Assembly (NCBI GenBank): GCA_030156535.1
Contig: JASGMJ010000005.1
Location: forward strand, 104,930 to 168,929
DNA length: 64,000 nucleotides
Origin: Candidatus Sumerlaeota bacterium
Lineage (GTDB): Bacteria; Sumerlaeota; Sumerlaeia; SLMS01; JAHLLQ01
Direction of reading: 5' to 3'
The translations under genes were made by a program, and so were the position numbers. Within the stretch, counting starts at the first letter, position 1, and every line of letters begins with the position of its first letter. The notes beneath the pieces are model-generated. The model did not search any database. It worked only from the letters and a program-made list of their open reading frames with translations, and had not been told where the DNA came from. Of this stretch, positions 30,745-39,072 are shown piece after piece.

Positions 30745-30990
30745 GCCTTTCCCGCGAAGGCTCCAGTCGATGCATTCAACGCCGGTATTCGGCAGGTCTT
30801 CGGACTCGTGGACATTGCGGCCGTCGCCGCTTTCCTACTGGCCGTCGCTTCCCGGCTCCTGGGGAGCCAGTGCTTGTTGACGGCGGTCGTTTCCACTCAC
30901 CGCTGCGGGGCAGTTCCGGATTCTCACCGGATTCCCTCTTTCAACGGGGAAGGCGCCAATGCCGCACTCTTCCCCGTACCGATCCGGCCT
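30745..30990 (-). ncRNA. Cobalamin (AdoCbl) riboswitch
   Basis: Minus strand: AAGAGGGAATCCGGTGAGAATCCGGAACTGCCCCGCAGCGGTG, then GCACTG..GGGAAG, then B12 box AGTCCGAAGACCTGCC (30806-30791), then P13-like hairpin GCCTTCGCGGGAAAGGC (30761-30745). Confidence 0.95.
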
Positions 30991-31065
30991 TACAGCCGAA
31001 TGCGCGCAGAACGTCCCGCTGCGGTGCGTGCGATGTCAAGCCGACTTCCCGGCACCGGCAGGACA

Positions 31066-31770
31066 TCAGCCACCCGCCACCGACTCCAGATGCAGCGCCA
31101 GCCACCAGAAGCGCAGCGCAAACCACGTCATCACCACGCCGCCCAGCAGCGAAATCGTCCCGAACAGCCTGGGCCCTATCCACCGGCGCCCCGCCGTCAG
31201 AAGCGCCATCAGCGTCAGCACCCACGAAATCGTCCCCAGCCACACGAATAACGTCGCCTGCACGATCTCGCCCGCACCGGGAACCCGACCGGGGAAGAGC
31301 TGGCCCGCGATCGTCATCCAGAACACAAGCGTCATCGGATTCGTCAGCGTGATTCCCACGCCCAGCAAATAGTGGCGCGGCAGCGAGACGCGTGCGCCTC
31401 CGCCGGCTGGGGGGTCTCCGCCGGCAGACACCTTGTCGAACGACGGCAGCGGCTCGGCCGTCCCACGCAGGTACTTCCACGCATCGCGCCCCGCCAGAAA
31501 CGACAGCCAGCCCAGCAGCGCTCCGCCCACCACGAAACACACGAGCAGCACCGCCGGCGACTGCAGGAAGCGCGAAAGCCCGAAGCTGGTCGCCAGCATG
31601 TAGATCGTGTCCGCCGTCGTCGCCCCCAGGCCCACGCACAACCCCGCCGCCAGCCGATGGCGCAGGCTGCGTCGGATGATCTCCAGGTTCACCGGTCCGA
31701 CCGGCGCCGCGACCGCCCAGCCCAACAGATAGGCTTGCAGCAACAGTTCGAGAGGAATCAGGGCGGGCAT
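31066..31770 (-). CDS. LysE family translocator
   Basis: 'AAPVGPVN', 'GLGATTAD', 'ITLTNPMTLVFW'. Confidence 0.9.
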   Translation of the reverse strand: MPALIPLELLLQAYLLGWAVAAPVGPVNLEIIRRSLRHRLAAGLCVGLGATTADTIYMLATSFGLSRFLQSPAVLLVCFVVGGALLGWLSFLAGRDAWKYLRGTAEPLPSFDKVSAGGDPPAGGGARVSLPRHYLLGVGITLTNPMTLVFWMTIAGQLFPGRVPGAGEIVQATLFVWLGTISWVLTLMALLTAGRRWIGPRLFGTISLLGGVVMTWFALRFWWLALHLESVAGG

Positions 31771-31870
31771 CGGCAACCTCCGCAAAACGCAACAATGCCG
31801 GGCAGGGTGAGCGGCCGTCCGGCGGAGGGCAACGGCGGGATACCGTGCCGAACGAAGGCCGCTTCCAGCC

Positions 31871-32002
31871 TGCGCAACGTTTGCACACCCTTCGGGAACT
31901 CTTCTGTGCAATTCATGCCGCCTCCCCGCCCGAAACCCCGCTTTCCCGCGTCCTTTTGCTGTCATGCCTCCTGCTTATGGGAAGGCTGGCACCGCCATGT
32001 GC
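31871..32002 (+). promoter_or_regulatory. Putative enhancer (UAS) pair and sigma54-like promoter of the T2SS operon
   Basis: TGCGCA-N5-TGCACA (31871) and TGTGCA-N5-TGCCGC (31905) lie about 100 bp before TGGCAC...TGC (31987-32002). GG-GC spacing is 11, not the canonical 10. Confidence 0.45.
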
Positions 32003-32036
32003 GGTCCAGACTTCCCCGCTCTCAAGGAGACCTTCG

Positions 32037-32687
32037 ATGCAAGCACGTTGGACCATCCTGGCAGGAGGCGTGGCGCTCATGGCCCTCGCTCTGGCCACCC
32101 CGATGCATGTCGATGCGCAGAATAACCCGGGCCGCCGAGGCGGCCGCGGCAACTTCGACCCCTCTGAAATGTTCGACCGCATGGACATCAACGGTGACGG
32201 CTCGCTCGACGCCACCGAGTTCCGCGGCGGCGAAGAACGTCTGAAGGAAGCTGACACGAACGGCGACGGCAAGGTCTCGAAAGAGGAATTGAGCGCGGCC
32301 TTCCAGGCACGCATGGCAGGCGGCCAGCGCGAGGGCGGCCCCGAAGGCCGGCCCGGCCCCGGAGTGGACCGTTTCAAAGAGGAGCTTGGCCTGAGCGACG
32401 ACGAGTGGGCCGTACTGAAGCCCCGCATCGAGAAAGTCATCGCGCTCCAGAGCGAGATGCGCGGCGGCGGACGCGGCAACACCGCGTCGATGCCCGAAGT
32501 CGAGGCTCTGCGCACCGCGCTCGAGAATCCCGAAGCCACCAACGATGAAATCACCCAGCGCGTGGCCGAACTGCGCAAGGCCCGCGAGGAGAAGCAGGCC
32601 GAACTCAAGACCGCCCGCGAAACGCTGCGCGAACTCCTCACGCCGCGCCAGGAAGCCCTCCTCGTTCTCAACGGTCTCCTCGACTAA
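32037..32687 (+). CDS. Periplasmic EF-hand protein with Spy/CpxP-like helical C-terminus
   Basis: AAGGAG RBS, signal peptide, DINGDGSLDATE and DTNGDGKVSKEE EF-hands, 'LTPRQ' motif. Confidence 0.85.
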   Translation: MQARWTILAGGVALMALALATPMHVDAQNNPGRRGGRGNFDPSEMFDRMDINGDGSLDATEFRGGEERLKEADTNGDGKVSKEELSAAFQARMAGGQREGGPEGRPGPGVDRFKEELGLSDDEWAVLKPRIEKVIALQSEMRGGGRGNTASMPEVEALRTALENPEATNDEITQRVAELRKAREEKQAELKTARETLRELLTPRQEALLVLNGLLD

Positions 32688-32757
32688 AGCTCAATCGTCC
32701 CTTCGGGACTCCGGTTCCTTTTTGGGCCGGGGTCCCATGACTGATAGATCGCAACTC

Positions 32758-32785
32758 AAGCCACAAACAACAAACCACGAACCAC
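32758..32785. repeat. 7-bp tandem repeat (AAACCAC-like)
   Basis: AAGCCAC AAACAAC AAACCAC GAACCAC, just upstream of gspE. Confidence 0.55.
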
Positions 32786-32797
32786 GGCCTCAAGCCA

Positions 32798-34486
32798 ATG
32801 TCCGATACCATCACCCGTATGATCGCCGCACGCCAGCTTCTCCAGGCTGACGCACGAGCATTTGCAGACGCACATCCCGGAGTGGAGGAACCGGCGGAAG
32901 AGGAAGTTCTCCGCTGGCTGGCCGAGGAGTATGGCTGCCGCTTCAGCGATCTGACCGACGTCTCCCTCGAACGTGAAACGCTGGCGCTCTTTCCACCTCG
33001 CCTGCTGCTCCGGGAAGAGGTTCTCCCCCTCGTGCGTTCCGGCAATGTCGTCGAAGCAGCAACAAGCAGACTCTTCGCCCCCGAGGCCTTCGAGGGCCTG
33101 CGCCTTGTCACCGGCCTGACGATTCGTCCGGTGCTTGCTCCTTCCACGGCGATTCAACGCGAAATCAAGAAGTGGCTCGGCGTTGGCGCCGACACGATCG
33201 GCTCGATCGAGGAAGAGGAAGGCATCCAGGTCGTCAGCGATTCCGACGAGGACGAGGGCAATCTCGACGAAGCCGCCGAGGACGCCTCGATCATCCGCTT
33301 TGTCAATCAGGTGCTGACCGATGCCATCAACCTGCGGGCCTCCGACATTCACCTCGAACCGTTCGAGGACGAACTGCGGCTGCGCTACCGCGTCGATGGC
33401 GTCCTGCAGGAAATCCCCGTTCCCGCCAGTCTGAAACGCTTTCAGCCTGCCATCGTCTCGCGCATCAAAATTTTGAGTCACCTGGACATCGCGGAGAAAC
33501 GCCTGCCGCAGGACGGCCGCATCAAGATCCGCCTGGAGCAGCAGGAAGTCGACGTCCGCGTGTCCCTGATCCCCATGATCCACGGCGAAGGCGTCGTCAT
33601 GCGCCTGTTGCGCCAGGATCGCTCGCTCCAGTCCGTCGCCGATCTTGGCATGGCACCACACACCGAGGAGACCTTCCGCACGTTGCTGCGGCTGTCCCAC
33701 GGCATCGTACTCGTGACGGGGCCGACGGGGAGCGGCAAGTCCACCACGCTCTATTCCGCACTCACGGAAATCAACGACAGCATCCGCAAGATCATCACGA
33801 TCGAAGATCCCGTTGAGTACCACATCAAGGGCATCAACCAGATTCAGGTGAGCGAGAAGACCGGAATGACGTTCGCGCGTGGGCTGCGCTCGATCCTGCG
33901 TCACGATCCCGACGTGGTGCTTGTCGGCGAAATCCGCGACGCGGAAACGGCGCGCATCGCCGTGCAGGCATCGCTCACCGGGCACCTGGTTTTCTCCACG
34001 CTGCACACGAACGACGCGCCCACCGCTCCGACGCGCCTGGCCGACATGGGCATCGAGCCGTACCTCGTGGCCTCGTCACTCGAAGGCATTCTGGCCCAGC
34101 GTCTCGTGCGTGTTCTGTGCATGGAGTGCCGCGTCGAGGATCACAGCAGCGCCAGCGCCGCCTTCCGGAGCCAGATCGGCATGCCCGCCGGAGCGCACGT
34201 TTATGCTCCCGGCGGCTGCGAGCGTTGCCGCAAGACGGGGTTCTTTGGCCGGCGCGGCATCTTCGAGATGGTGCGCATCGACGACGAGTTTCGCGAACTG
34301 ATCCTGCGCACAAACTCGGCGCCTGCCCTTCGCGCGGAAGCACGCCGCAAGGGTATGCAGACGCTGGCCGAGGACGGCTGGCGGCTCGTTGCGCAGGGAG
34401 TCACTTCCCTCGACGAGGTTCTTCGTGTCAGCCAGGCGGACATCAGTTCGCTCGAGGCACTCCCAAACGGACATGGGGGCAAGTAG
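32798..34486 (+). CDS. gspE: Type II secretion ATPase
   Basis: 'ASDIHLEP', 'RLPQDGR', GPTGSGKS, 'TIEDPVE', 'LRHDPD', CxxC...CxxC. Confidence 0.95.
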   Translation: MSDTITRMIAARQLLQADARAFADAHPGVEEPAEEEVLRWLAEEYGCRFSDLTDVSLERETLALFPPRLLLREEVLPLVRSGNVVEAATSRLFAPEAFEGLRLVTGLTIRPVLAPSTAIQREIKKWLGVGADTIGSIEEEEGIQVVSDSDEDEGNLDEAAEDASIIRFVNQVLTDAINLRASDIHLEPFEDELRLRYRVDGVLQEIPVPASLKRFQPAIVSRIKILSHLDIAEKRLPQDGRIKIRLEQQEVDVRVSLIPMIHGEGVVMRLLRQDRSLQSVADLGMAPHTEETFRTLLRLSHGIVLVTGPTGSGKSTTLYSALTEINDSIRKIITIEDPVEYHIKGINQIQVSEKTGMTFARGLRSILRHDPDVVLVGEIRDAETARIAVQASLTGHLVFSTLHTNDAPTAPTRLADMGIEPYLVASSLEGILAQRLVRVLCMECRVEDHSSASAAFRSQIGMPAGAHVYAPGGCERCRKTGFFGRRGIFEMVRIDDEFRELILRTNSAPALRAEARRKGMQTLAEDGWRLVAQGVTSLDEVLRVSQADISSLEALPNGHGGK

Positions 34487-34489
34487 CTC

Positions 34490-35722
34490 ATGGGAGTCTT
34501 CGTCTACAAGGCGTTCAGCGAAACGGGGCAGATGACCGAGGGGCGCGTCGATGCTCCCGGCCGCCGCGAAGCGCTGCGGCTTCTTGAAGAACGCGGCCTG
34601 CGCCCCGTGCGCGTGGAGGATGCGGCGGGGCGTCCAGCCGAAAGCGAAACGGGTGGGTGGGATCCGTTGGCGATGCTGCGCGGACGCGTCACCGCGCGCG
34701 ACCGCGAACAGTTCACGCGCCAGCTTGCCAGCCTTCTCGCCGCCGGTGTTTCCCTCAGCCGTGCGTTGCAGATTCTTTCGCGCGAAAGCTCGCGCCCTCT
34801 CATTGCCGCGCGGTGGAAACGCCTGCGCGAGATGGTGGTCGATGGCATGTCGCTGGCCGATGCGATGGCACGCCAGCCCGACGTTTTCCCGCGGATCGAC
34901 ACGGCCATGGTGCGCGCGGGTGAAACGGGCGGCTTCCTGCCGCTGGTTCTCGGGCAGGTGGCGGATTTTCAGTCGCGCGACCGCGAAGTGCGTTCGCGTC
35001 TCGTGTCGGCGATGACGTACCCGGCGGTGCTGATGGCGCTGACCGTGGCGGTGGTCATCTTCCTGATGACGTTCTTCATTCCGCGTTTCCAGACGATGTT
35101 CGAAGGACTGGGCGCGCCGTTGCCGTTGCTGACGCGGGCAATCATCGCGGCGAGCGAAGGCGTGCGCGACTGGGGACTGGTCGTGGCGGCGGTGCTGGTG
35201 ATTGCGCTGGTGGCCGCGCGGCAATGGATCGCATCGCCGGCGGGGCGGCGTTCCTGGCAGACCTTCGCCCTGCGCATGCCGCTCTTCGGTTCGCTCGCGG
35301 CACGTTTCGCCGCCACGCGCTTCTGCCGGATGCTCGGGACGCTCAGCCGCTCGGGCGTCGAACTCATCACGGCGTTGCAGGTTTCGCGCGAATCGCTCGG
35401 CAATCAGGTGCTGATCGACACGCTGACATCCTCCATCGAAAACGTGCGCAAGGGCGAGTCGCTGGCGCGCAGCCTGGCCGCCTGCGAGCGCCTGTTCCCC
35501 CCTTCGACGATCGAGATGATCGCCGTGGCCGAGGAATCCAGCCGCCTCGATCAGGAACTCGTGCGCATCGCCGAGGAATCCGAGAAGGATCTCGACGGGC
35601 AACTGCGGCTCGCCGTCGCCCTCGCCGAGCCGGCCTTGCTCTTCGTGATGGCGGCGGTCATCGGCACGATTTTTATCGGCATGGTCCTGCCGATCTTCAC
35701 CATCCAGGACTACATCAAATAA
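34490..35722 (+). CDS. gspF: Type II secretion inner-membrane platform protein
   Basis: 'FTRQLASLLAAG', 'AGETGG', 'AMTYP', 'VAEESSRLD', 'EP'. Confidence 0.95.
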   Translation: MGVFVYKAFSETGQMTEGRVDAPGRREALRLLEERGLRPVRVEDAAGRPAESETGGWDPLAMLRGRVTARDREQFTRQLASLLAAGVSLSRALQILSRESSRPLIAARWKRLREMVVDGMSLADAMARQPDVFPRIDTAMVRAGETGGFLPLVLGQVADFQSRDREVRSRLVSAMTYPAVLMALTVAVVIFLMTFFIPRFQTMFEGLGAPLPLLTRAIIAASEGVRDWGLVVAAVLVIALVAARQWIASPAGRRSWQTFALRMPLFGSLAARFAATRFCRMLGTLSRSGVELITALQVSRESLGNQVLIDTLTSSIENVRKGESLARSLAACERLFPPSTIEMIAVAEESSRLDQELVRIAEESEKDLDGQLRLAVALAEPALLFVMAAVIGTIFIGMVLPIFTIQDYIK

Positions 35723-35745
35723 CCCTCGGAAGAAGGAGTGGCACC

Positions 35746-36174
35746 ATGAGTCTGTTGCATCGCACCACGCGCGTTTCGCGGCGGGCCTTCTCGCTCGTCG
35801 AAATGCTTCTGGTCCTCGTGATCCTCGCGACGCTGGCGGCGATCGTGATTCCGCGCTTTGCGGGACGCAGCGAGCAGGCCAAGGAAACCGCCGCCAAGAC
35901 GCAGATCAGCGCGCTTTCCACCGCACTCGATTCCTTCGAGGTCGACAACGGCTACTTCCCCAGCAGCAGCGACGGTCTCAACGAACTCATCGTGCAACCC
36001 GATGGCGCAACGAACTGGCGCGGGCCCTACATGAAGCAGGGAATCCCCAATGATCCCTGGGGCGCGGCCTACCTGTACGAATATCCCGGCACGAACAACG
36101 CCGACGGATACGACCTCTCCTCGATGGGGCCGGACGGCCGCGCGGGCACGGAAGACGACATCACGAATTGGTAG
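35746..36174 (+). CDS. gspG: Major pseudopilin
   Basis: RA|FSLVEML, 'NWRGPY', 'DPWG', 'GPDG...DDITNW'. Confidence 0.95.
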   Translation: MSLLHRTTRVSRRAFSLVEMLLVLVILATLAAIVIPRFAGRSEQAKETAAKTQISALSTALDSFEVDNGYFPSSSDGLNELIVQPDGATNWRGPYMKQGIPNDPWGAAYLYEYPGTNNADGYDLSSMGPDGRAGTEDDITNW

Positions 36175-36183
36175 GCGAAAGCA

Positions 36184-36675
36184 ATGACTCGGCGGCAACA
36201 CATCGCGGCACGCGGGCAAGAGGGCTTCACGCTGATGGAGCTGATGGTGGTGCTCGCCCTGCTGTCGGTGATCGCGGCGCTCGTTGCTCCGCAGCTTCGC
36301 GGTTTTGTCACCGGGCGCGCGAGCACCGAGGAGTGCCGCCGCTTTGCCGCACTTACCGAGTACGCGCGCGAGCACGCCATCGGCAACGCCGTGCGTGTGG
36401 CGCTCTGGGTTGACGAGGACGGCGATTCCTATGGCCTGCGCGACACGCGCACCTCGCGCGACATCTATACGTACCAAACCGCGACCGGCCTGACGATCAC
36501 GCCCTTCGACGAGGAAGGGGAAGCCCTTGAGGAGGATACGGAACTCGTGATCTGGCCGGATGGCGAAATCGACTTCGAAAGTCCCGCTTCCTACCACATC
36601 GACGAGAAGGGAACGACGGTCTTCGTCATTGAGCTGAACGAGAACGGAACGCGCTACGAGGTGACGACGCCATGA
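36184..36675 (+). CDS. gspH: Minor pseudopilin GspH/FimT-like
   Basis: G|FTLMEL; position after gspG. Confidence 0.8.
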   Translation: MTRRQHIAARGQEGFTLMELMVVLALLSVIAALVAPQLRGFVTGRASTEECRRFAALTEYAREHAIGNAVRVALWVDEDGDSYGLRDTRTSRDIYTYQTATGLTITPFDEEGEALEEDTELVIWPDGEIDFESPASYHIDEKGTTVFVIELNENGTRYEVTTP

Positions 36676-37058
36676 GACTCGCGCTCCATCCACGCGGAAT
36701 GACGTTCGTCGAGCTCCTTGCCTCGATGCTGCTGCTCTCCATCGTGCTGCCCGTCACGGTCGGCGCGATTCTGTACGCGAACCGTACCTCCTCCATGGCC
36801 GTGCGCAAACGCGACGCGGCGTTCCTGGCCGACCAGATTCTCCAGGAAGTCATCGGCACGGAGTCGTGGGAGGATGGCGATCAGAGCGGCGAGTTCGAGG
36901 ACGACTTTGCGGGATGGACCTGGGAGATGACCGTTTCGTCATGGGACGTCGAAGCCATGCAGCAGGTCGACGTCACGGTGTTCTATCCCGTGCAGGGCAC
37001 GACATACTCCGAAACGCTCACACGCCTTGTGATGGCGGAGGAGGAAGAGGAGTCGTGA
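36672..37058 (+). CDS. gspI: Minor pseudopilin GspI-like
   Basis: G|MTFVEL; operon order. Confidence 0.75.
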   Translation: MRLALHPRGMTFVELLASMLLLSIVLPVTVGAILYANRTSSMAVRKRDAAFLADQILQEVIGTESWEDGDQSGEFEDDFAGWTWEMTVSSWDVEAMQQVDVTVFYPVQGTTYSETLTRLVMAEEEEES

Positions 37059-37738
37059 AACGCACCCGTGGCTTCACGCTGATTGAGACGCTGCTCGCGC
37101 TGGGCATCGCCGCCACTCTGCTGGCCGCGGCGGTCTCCGTGCTCTTCGGTGCGGTGCGGATGCGCAGCGCGGCGGCCGAGCTCTCCGAGGAGAAGGGCGG
37201 CACACATCGCATTGCTTCCGTGATTCGCAGCGACCTCCAGAACGCGGTGGTGCCCGCCGGATTGCTCGCGGGCACGATGCTCCTGGAGTCCGACGGCTCC
37301 GAAGACACCGCGATGGACACACTGGAATTTTACACCGCCTCAGGAACATTGAACGACAGCGAACCCTGGGCTGACATCCGCCGCGTGGAGTACCTCCTCG
37401 ACACCGAGAGCGAAAGCGCGACCGGCGGGGCCTATCCGTTCATCCGCCGCGAAACGGTGAACCTGCTCGCCTCCACCGAGGACGACGAGGACACGCGCGA
37501 CACCGTGCTGCTTGCCGAAGCAACCGGCCTTTCCATCGAGTGCTTCGACGGCGAGGTCTGGTCGGAAACGTGGGACTCCACGGTGGTCGAAAACGAAAAC
37601 CCGGTTCTCGTGAGTCTGACCGTGACACCCGCCGAGGGCAATTCCCTGGTTTTTCTTCAGCATCTGACGACTCAGCCCCGCCCCACTGCCACGGCAGCGG
37701 CAGCGGCTCCATCCCAACAAACGGGAGATGAGCCATGA
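37055..37738 (+). CDS. gspJ: Minor pseudopilin GspJ-like
   Basis: GTG start, G|FTLIET, 'WSETWDS'. Confidence 0.8.
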   Translation: MKRTRGFTLIETLLALGIAATLLAAAVSVLFGAVRMRSAAAELSEEKGGTHRIASVIRSDLQNAVVPAGLLAGTMLLESDGSEDTAMDTLEFYTASGTLNDSEPWADIRRVEYLLDTESESATGGAYPFIRRETVNLLASTEDDEDTRDTVLLAEATGLSIECFDGEVWSETWDSTVVENENPVLVSLTVTPAEGNSLVFLQHLTTQPRPTATAAAAAPSQQTGDEP

Positions 37739-39072
37739 TGCCGCGCCGCCGCCGTGCCATTGTCTTTGTCGTGCTTCTCTGGGTCATCTCCACGATGGTT
37801 TCCACGGCAATCTACTTTGGTCATTCCGCCCGCATGGCCTACCTCGCGAGCGAGAACAGCGTCGCCGGTCTTCAGGCGGTGCATGCCATCGACTCCGCCA
37901 TCGAGTACGTGCGCTTTGCACTCGAAACCATCGACGAAACCGGCAAAGTGCCGGACCTCGAAGAGGAGGGGTACGCCGTCGAGAACGTTGCTGTCGGTGA
38001 AGCGCACTTCTGGCTGCTTGGCATGGATCATGACGCCCTCCAGACACCGACGGAGTTGACCTTCAGTCTCGTCGATGAAGCATCGAAACTGAACATCAAC
38101 ACAGCGGAACTTGAAATGCTCGAAGCGCTCCCCGATATGACGGCTGAGTTCGCCGCCGCCATCGTGGACTGGCGCGACGAGGACAGCGACCTCACCACCA
38201 ACGGCGCCGAGTCCCAGGACTACCTCCTTCTCGACACGCCGTACCTTTGCAAGGATGCGCCCTTCGAAAGCGTCGAGGAATTGCGCCTCGTCCAGGGCGC
38301 CGATCTTACCCTGCTCTTCGGGGAGGATGAAAACCGCAACGGTATCCTCGATCCCAACGAGGACGACGGCGACGAACTGTGGCCGCCCGACGACGCCGAC
38401 GGCCAACTCGACACCGGGATCGTGCGTTTTCTGACGGCGCATTCACGCGAACCGAACACGCGCGATGACGGCAGCGCGAAGGTGAACCTCAGGGGGGAGT
38501 CTGCGCGCGTTGATCTGCAACAGCTTCTTATCGAAACCCTCGGCCAGAGCGTTGCCGACCGGGTGATGGAAAGCCTTGGTCCCGAGCTCACCGATGTCGG
38601 CAGTCCGCTGGAGTTCTACCAACTCAGTGGCCTCTCGGCGACAGAGTTCGCGCAGATCGAGGACGCCCTCACGATTGAGAGTGGCGATTACCGTACGGGT
38701 CTCGTGAACGTGGCGACGGCACCGAGTGAAGTGCTCGCGTGCCTGCCCGGTATGACGTCGGAGAAGGCGATTGAACTCGTTGAAGCAAGAGCATCCCTCG
38801 ACGAAACCACACTCGAAAGCACCGCCTGGCTGACCACCGTCCTCGACGCGGACACCGTCGCACTGGTGGGTCCGTTCGTCACGAGCCGCTCCTATCAGTT
38901 CGGCCTCGACATCGCCGCAACGGGACGGAACGGGCGCGGCGTGCGCCGCACGTTCGCGGTGCTCGACGTGGAGGACGAGGCGCGGGTGATTTACCGACGC
39001 GATCTGGCCCGCGCCGGATGGCCACTGGACGACGACACCATGGCGGCACTGCGCGAAGGGACGGAACAATGA
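37735..39072 (+). CDS. gspK: Minor pseudopilin GspK
   Basis: 'DEASKLNIN', 'AIVDWRDED', 'FESVEELRLV', acidic Ca-binding-like loop. Confidence 0.9.
   Translation: MMPRRRRAIVFVVLLWVISTMVSTAIYFGHSARMAYLASENSVAGLQAVHAIDSAIEYVRFALETIDETGKVPDLEEEGYAVENVAVGEAHFWLLGMDHDALQTPTELTFSLVDEASKLNINTAELEMLEALPDMTAEFAAAIVDWRDEDSDLTTNGAESQDYLLLDTPYLCKDAPFESVEELRLVQGADLTLLFGEDENRNGILDPNEDDGDELWPPDDADGQLDTGIVRFLTAHSREPNTRDDGSAKVNLRGESARVDLQQLLIETLGQSVADRVMESLGPELTDVGSPLEFYQLSGLSATEFAQIEDALTIESGDYRTGLVNVATAPSEVLACLPGMTSEKAIELVEARASLDETTLESTAWLTTVLDADTVALVGPFVTSRSYQFGLDIAATGRNGRGVRRTFAVLDVEDEARVIYRRDLARAGWPLDDDTMAALREGTEQ

Noticed and set aside
30455..30775. N-terminal extension of the 554-aa ORF in the ORF track
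   Set aside because: It overlaps the riboswitch expression platform; the signal peptide begins at 30454.
32697..32736. GTCCCTTCGGGAC REP-like hairpin as a mobile element or terminator
   Set aside because: Single copy, no transposase in the window, and no U-tract after the stem.
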